The notes under the pieces are model-generated. The model did no database searches. It was not told where the DNA came from and saw nothing but the letters and a program-made list of their open reading frames with translations. DNA of 10,464 nucleotides from Candidatus Micrarchaeota archaeon. GTDB lineage: Archaea; Micrarchaeota; Micrarchaeia; Anstonellales; Anstonellaceae. The position numbers were made by a program, and so were the translations under genes. This document shows positions 6,862 through 10,464 of the stretch, piece after piece. The stretch is taken from NCBI GenBank assembly GCA_043810635.1, contig JBDRNY010000084.1, positions 1 through 10,464 of the forward strand, in the 5' to 3' direction. The stretch's first letter is position 1. Each line of letters opens with the position of its first letter.

Positions 6862-7787
6862 GGGGGCTCCCCTGCATCATGTTCAGAATTTCCTTCCTGC
6901 GCCAATGGCAAAGAAATAGCTATCTCCTCGCTCCTGCTTGCAATCTCCCCTCTTGTTGTCTTTAATTCAATATACTGCTTTTGCAATGATTCAAATTCTT
7001 TTTGCTCTTCCGCATTCATAGGCACTGCATGGCTTTTTGTCATTACCTGCTGTATCCTCCTAGACACTTCCCCTATTTTCTTTTCATTTTCTTCCCATTT
7101 TTCCTCATCATCCTTCCTTATCCACACTGAGCCGTTATTTCCGCTTACATCAGAAGTTTTTTTTTCAACTTCGCCCGGCCAGCTCAAAGTTTCAGGCCCG
7201 CTCACTTTTTTTTTATCCAGGTTAAGCTTTCCCCCTGATATATATGCAAACACTCCAAGCCTTCCCATTGTATTTACCAAATCCTGCCTCTGCTCCTCTT
7301 TTAACGCCCCCACATCCACAACTTCTGTTGAATTTGATTCCACAACCACTTTCAAATTTTCCGCCTCTTTCCTGGGCAGGCTATTCAGCAAAATAATCAA
7401 TCTTGCAATCTGCTCTTTGTTTTCATAATTCTTTTTTGTATATTCCGCCCTCTTCTTAAGCAAATCATACACTTCCCCGCTTTTTGCCTTCAGCGCTTCA
7501 TCCAGCTTTTCCCTGGAATTCTGCCCAATTTCCGCAGTAAGCGCGCTTATTTCAGAGCGGTTCGGCATTACAGTAATAATATCCACTTTTTTCAATTTCC
7601 CGTCAATAGGCGCAAGCTTTTCCTTTATATTTTCAATTTGCTTTTCCAAAGCAGCAACATGCTCATCCCCCTCTTGTGCCCCCCTTCTTATCAAAAAATC
7701 CCTTCTAAATACTGTTTCATTTTTCCTCCTCCTAAGGGTTGCATGCTCCATCAAATCCGAGCTTGTTATAACAATCGACTCTTCCAC
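6828..7787 (-). CDS. Hypothetical coiled-coil protein (GTG start)
   Basis: 319-aa E/K-rich ORF with heptad segments near both ends. It overlaps the dys start by 34 nt, and a TATA-like TTTTATAT lies about 25 nt upstream. Confidence 0.82.
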   Translation of the reverse strand: MEESIVITSSDLMEHATLRRRKNETVFRRDFLIRRGAQEGDEHVAALEKQIENIKEKLAPIDGKLKKVDIITVMPNRSEISALTAEIGQNSREKLDEALKAKSGEVYDLLKKRAEYTKKNYENKEQIARLIILLNSLPRKEAENLKVVVESNSTEVVDVGALKEEQRQDLVNTMGRLGVFAYISGGKLNLDKKKVSGPETLSWPGEVEKKTSDVSGNNGSVWIRKDDEEKWEENEKKIGEVSRRIQQVMTKSHAVPMNAEEQKEFESLQKQYIELKTTRGEIASRSEEIAISLPLAQEGNSEHDAGEPPWVKQLEKQQE

Positions 7788-7803
7788 GAAAGTAATTGGG
7801 AGA

Positions 7804-7821
7804 TAAAGTATATAAAATAAA
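7804..7821. promoter_or_regulatory. TATA box for the leaderless minus-strand operon (7787 gene, dys, phosphatase); could also read on the plus strand
   Basis: The plus strand reads TATATAAAA at 7809-7817, which is TTTTATATA on the minus strand, 22-30 nt from GTG 7787. Confidence 0.6.
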
Positions 7822-7855
7822 GGTAATTTTCATTTCCTGTTTTTTCAAAATTAGA

Positions 7856-7954
7856 TTTTGACCGTAGGATCGGGGAACAACAATAAGACTTCAACCCCGA
7901 AGGGTTGAAGATGGTGTGGGAGGTGAAGCGCCCCGATCCTGCATCCGGTCAAAA
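7856..7954. ncRNA. Candidate structured non-coding RNA (long stem, large internal bubble, UUCG-capped apical hairpin on the minus strand)
   Basis: TTTTGACCG 7856-7864 pairs with CGGTCAAAA 7946-7954. AGGATCGGGG 7866-7875 pairs with CCCCGATCCT 7931-7940. CTTCAACCC 7889-7897 pairs with GGGTTGAAG 7902-7910 around CGAA, which is C(UUCG)G on the minus strand. No family recognised. Confidence 0.55.
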
Positions 7955-7988
7955 ATATAAAATGGTGCCCACCCGAAAGCAAACACCA
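7951..7988 (-). terminator. UUCG hairpin followed by a T-rich tract downstream of the winged-helix gene
   Basis: The minus strand reads TGGTGTTTGCT-TTCG-GGTGGGCACCA and then TTTTATATTTTT. The 11-bp stem has five G-U pairs that form only on the minus strand. Confidence 0.55.
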
Positions 7989-8022
7989 AGCCTATTCGTC
8001 GCCTTGCCTATCTCTGCAAGCA

Positions 8023-8463
8023 TTATTTCATTCTGTAATACACTCTCCTTCCTGCCTGCTGCTTTTCCAATATACCAAGCTCATACAATCTGCTCAGCCT
8101 TGCAGAGGCGGCATTTTTTCCCTTATATTTGAATCTTGCTCTCACATCTTCTGCGCAAACCGCGCTCCTCGCCCTTATCATTTCCACTATTTGCTCATCA
8201 ATAGAAGAAAGCAAAATTTCTTTTGATGAAAGAATTATTGATGCAGGCGTTGAAGAGCCGCTGACATTCACCCCTGCAAAGCCGCTTCCGCTTTCCTTCG
8301 GCTTTGCCCATGCCAGCTGGCTTGAATCGCTTGCGCCTTTAGAAGAAACTTTCTCTTCAATTAATTCCATTCTTGTTTCCAAACTTTCCATCCTTACTTG
8401 AAGTGTTTTAAGAATGCTGGACAGCTCTACAGTCATTTTTGCAAGCTCTGTTTTGGTTCCCAT
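8023..8463 (-). CDS. N-terminal coiled-coil / C-terminal winged helix-turn-helix DNA-binding protein
   Basis: Leucine-zipper-like LSSILKTLQVRMESLETRMELIEEKV, a Ser/Gly linker, and a wHTH pattern LSSIDEQIVEMIR...AEDVRARF...NAASARLSRLYELGILEKQQAGRRVYY. Confidence 0.85.
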   Translation of the reverse strand: MGTKTELAKMTVELSSILKTLQVRMESLETRMELIEEKVSSKGASDSSQLAWAKPKESGSGFAGVNVSGSSTPASIILSSKEILLSSIDEQIVEMIRARSAVCAEDVRARFKYKGKNAASARLSRLYELGILEKQQAGRRVYYRMK

Positions 8464-8487
8464 ACCATAACCTTCTTATATTCTGAC

Positions 8488-8542
8488 TGCATCATGGATG
8501 TGTCATATACACATCATAATACCATCATGACAATATCATGAG
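8488..8542. promoter_or_regulatory. Array of five (A/G)TCAT motifs at exact 11-bp spacing (putative cooperative protein-binding site)
   Basis: TCAT begins at 8492, 8503, 8514, 8525 and 8536. The last two copies are the palindrome TCATGA. Confidence 0.7.
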
Positions 8543-8545
8543 TAT

Positions 8546-8555
8546 CTTTATAATA
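8546..8555. promoter_or_regulatory. TATA box between the divergent wHTH and XPF genes, possibly bidirectional
   Basis: TTTATAAT at 8547-8554 lies about 26 nt before ATG 8580 and reads ATTATAAA on the minus strand. Confidence 0.6.
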
Positions 8556-8579
8556 CTATGTCTATTTTGAGGGCGAAAA

Positions 8580-9254
8580 ATGGTAAAGAGTGGGGGAAAA
8601 ATAGAAAAAAAAGCTAAAATAGTTATAGACAGGCGCGAATCTATTGAATATGATAAATGGCTAAAAGAGTTTGGGCTAAACACTTCTAGAAAAACCCTTT
8701 CAATAGGCGATTTTGTGCTTTCTTCCCGCCTTGTTGCCGAGAGAAAAACCCGCCAGGATTTTGAATCCAGCATTATCGACGGAAGATTATTTGAGCAGGC
8801 AAAGCGCCTCACTTCTGCCTACCCCCGAACCATACTCATAATAGAAGGCCCGCCCCCTGAAGAAGAAAGAATATCGCGCCCAGCCCTTCTCGGAGCTTAT
8901 TCTGCCCTTATTTCAGAATATGGAATTTCCCTCTTTTTCTGTAAAAACCCTAAATCCACTGCCGAGCTTCTCTCCTCAATGGCAAAATATGAGCAAATTT
9001 CAAAAAAAACCCCGCACAGAATACGCTCAAGGCAAAAATCTCTTACCCTTTCCCAAGCCCAGAGAGCTCTTATAGAATCTCTTCCCTCGTGCGGCCCCCG
9101 GCTTGCCCACAACCTTCTCCGCTATTTCAACACCCCCCTCAATATATTTAAAGCAGATGAGAAAGCATTGGAAAAGGTGCCTCTTTTAGGAAAAAAGAAG
9201 GCAAAATTAATAAGAAAAGTGCTGGATAGTGTGTATAAATGGAAGGAAGAGTAA
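8580..9254 (+). CDS. xpf: Short-form XPF/ERCC4 structure-specific endonuclease with tandem HhH domain
   Basis: IVIDRRE, LSIGDFVL, ERKTRQDFESSIIDGRLFEQAKRL (ERKxxxD) and LIIEG. HhH motifs LPSCGPRLA and VPLLGKKKA. No Hef helicase domain. Confidence 0.93.
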   Translation: MVKSGGKIEKKAKIVIDRRESIEYDKWLKEFGLNTSRKTLSIGDFVLSSRLVAERKTRQDFESSIIDGRLFEQAKRLTSAYPRTILIIEGPPPEEERISRPALLGAYSALISEYGISLFFCKNPKSTAELLSSMAKYEQISKKTPHRIRSRQKSLTLSQAQRALIESLPSCGPRLAHNLLRYFNTPLNIFKADEKALEKVPLLGKKKAKLIRKVLDSVYKWKEE

Positions 9255-9393
9255 GAAAAATAGCTGGTTTATAGTGTTTGTTGGTATAAATATGAGTAGG
9301 ATAAAAAGCAGGTTAATATATTTCCTCTTAAAAAGTGGCAAAGTGAAAAAAACTTGTTTTTTTGCGCAAAAATGTTGCAAATGAGGGGTAAGA

Positions 9394-9951
9394 ATGGACC
9401 AAAAAATTATTAGTATTATAAAAGCCCGCCTAAGGAGATGGGAAGGGAAGCCTATAGACAAAGAAAAGCTGGAATCTTTGCGCACTGAAATATATAAAAA
9501 AACCAGAAAAAACAAATCTGCTCCTTTTGCAAATATTAAAAAATGGATCAAGGAGGCACGGAAACAAATGGCATCAGCAAAAAAGAAAAAATTAAAAAAA
9601 TCCGGAAAAAAAACAAAAAAACCTTCCAAAAAAGCAAAGCCTGTCAAAAAAGCCAAAATTTCAAAAAAATCAAAATCTGCACCATCACTTCGTGACATTC
9701 CGCCCACACCAAGAGTATCCCAGTCTGTGCGCGCTTCTTTAGATGAAATAAAAAGCGAAATGAACATTCCTGTTGCAGCGCAAAGGGAAGAAGTTGTACT
9801 CAAAAAGCCCCCCATGGTGCTTGACAAAGTATATCTGCAATCCATGTCATTTGAAATGGCATCCATGCGCCAGGCCCTTGAAAAAATCGGAAGGCAGATT
9901 GACAAATTAGAAAAAGAATTAAGCGCCCACCGCACAGGAGGGGAGGATTAA
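9394..9951 (+). CDS. Hypothetical Lys-rich protein with a histone H1-like linker and C-terminal coiled coil
   Basis: SD-like GAGGGG at 9383-9388, a KKKKLKKSGKKTKKPSKKAKPVKKAKISKKSK tract, and heptads MASMRQALEKIGRQIDKLEKEL. Confidence 0.8.
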   Translation: MDQKIISIIKARLRRWEGKPIDKEKLESLRTEIYKKTRKNKSAPFANIKKWIKEARKQMASAKKKKLKKSGKKTKKPSKKAKPVKKAKISKKSKSAPSLRDIPPTPRVSQSVRASLDEIKSEMNIPVAAQREEVVLKKPPMVLDKVYLQSMSFEMASMRQALEKIGRQIDKLEKELSAHRTGGED

Positions 9952-9992
9952 ATTCCTTCCTTTATTCTTTACATATTTTTTTATATTAAATA

Positions 9993-10003
9993 ACTTTTTA
10001 TAT
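9993..10003 (+). promoter_or_regulatory. Probable TATA box for the leaderless gene at 10024
   Basis: TTTTTATAT at 9995-10003, about 21 nt before the ATG. Confidence 0.5.
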
Positions 10004-10023
10004 CTTACTTTCCATACAAATAT

Positions 10024-10464
10024 ATGGCAAAATTGTTTGGTTTATTCAATACGAAAAAAAATTCCACAAATGACAAACCTACATTTTTTCAAAAAATGGC
10101 GCGCAAATTTTCCATAAGAAAGGATCTTATTTTCAAAAGAAAAGCCATTATGCGTGATCTAGGCATTGATATTCGCACTTTGGACGCATGGGGTGTAGAA
10201 TTTATCAAATCAGCATTCTCACATGAGCAAAATGGAGAATTTGGGCTAGCGGCTTTGGGGTATGCTCAAATCAGCTTGCGGTGTTCGGAGGACGAGCTAA
10301 AGTTGAAGTTCTTTATCAAATCAGCAGAGAATTATGAAAAAGCAAACAACCCTGAGAAAGCCGCAGAATTGTATGCTGATTTACCAAGGTATACTGATGA
10401 CCTAGGGCAGAAACTCATATGGACTGTCAAATCAGCAGAGACTTATGAAAAAGCAGCCGAAATG
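10024..10464 (+). CDS. Alpha-helical repeat protein (TPR/SNAP-like, 37-aa period), 3'-truncated; not in the ORF track
   Basis: Open from ATG 10024 to the window end (147 codons): MAKLFGLFNTKK...EFIKSAFSHEQNGEFGLAALGYA...FFIKSAENYEKANNPEKAAELYA...WTVKSAETYEKAAEM. aaatcagca occurs at 10207, 10318 and 10429 (111-nt period). Confidence 0.85.
   Translation, partial: MAKLFGLFNTKKNSTNDKPTFFQKMARKFSIRKDLIFKRKAIMRDLGIDIRTLDAWGVEFIKSAFSHEQNGEFGLAALGYAQISLRCSEDELKLKFFIKSAENYEKANNPEKAAELYADLPRYTDDLGQKLIWTVKSAETYEKAAEM

Noticed and set aside
7856..8022. Identification as SRP RNA, RNase P RNA, 5S rRNA, SECIS, or a hammerhead or HDV-like ribozyme
   Set aside because: The diagnostic motifs are absent: no SRP helix 8 motif, no GAGGAAAGUCC, no CUGAUGA/GAAA core, CACCUCCCAC lacks the HDV P3 partner, and there is no in-frame UGA in the adjacent gene.
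7905..8132. 75-aa plus-strand ORF using the GGAGGTGA SD
   Set aside because: The SD lies inside the ORF and 35 nt from the next ATG (7962), and the ORF runs antisense into the wHTH gene.
8488..8560. Array as an ORB-type replication origin or Fur/DtxR box
   Set aside because: There is no ORB consensus with a G-string and no cdc6/orc1 nearby. The 11-bp period does not match the hexamer spacing of Fur boxes.
9207..9935. 242-aa Phe-rich minus-strand ORF
   Set aside because: It is the antisense mirror of the Lys-rich gene (AAA codons read as TTT).

Overview
Archaeal chromosomal segment, most consistent with a DPANN lineage such as Micrarchaeota. This is inferred from deoxyhypusine synthase, a short XPF, an intron-containing tRNA without encoded CCA, TATA boxes about 25 nt before start codons, and LSGC lipoboxes. 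The left part holds two paralogous Cys-rich membrane-anchored surface proteins, a Pro-rich lipoprotein, tRNA-Ile(GAT) with a 94-nt highly structured intron, and a DUF192 lipoprotein with an apparent 1-nt frameshift. The middle (minus strand) holds an AlkD-family glycosylase, an orphan HicB, a histidine phosphatase, deoxyhypusine synthase and an unknown coiled-coil protein. The right part holds a coiled-coil/winged-helix gene divergent from XPF, a Lys-rich coiled-coil protein and a truncated 37-aa helical-repeat protein that is missing from the ORF track. The most interesting unexplained module is the winged-helix gene. Upstream it has five (A/G)TCAT motifs at exact 11-bp phasing, and downstream it has a structured non-coding element of about 170 nt with two UUCG-capped hairpins and an unpaired SD/anti-SD motif.
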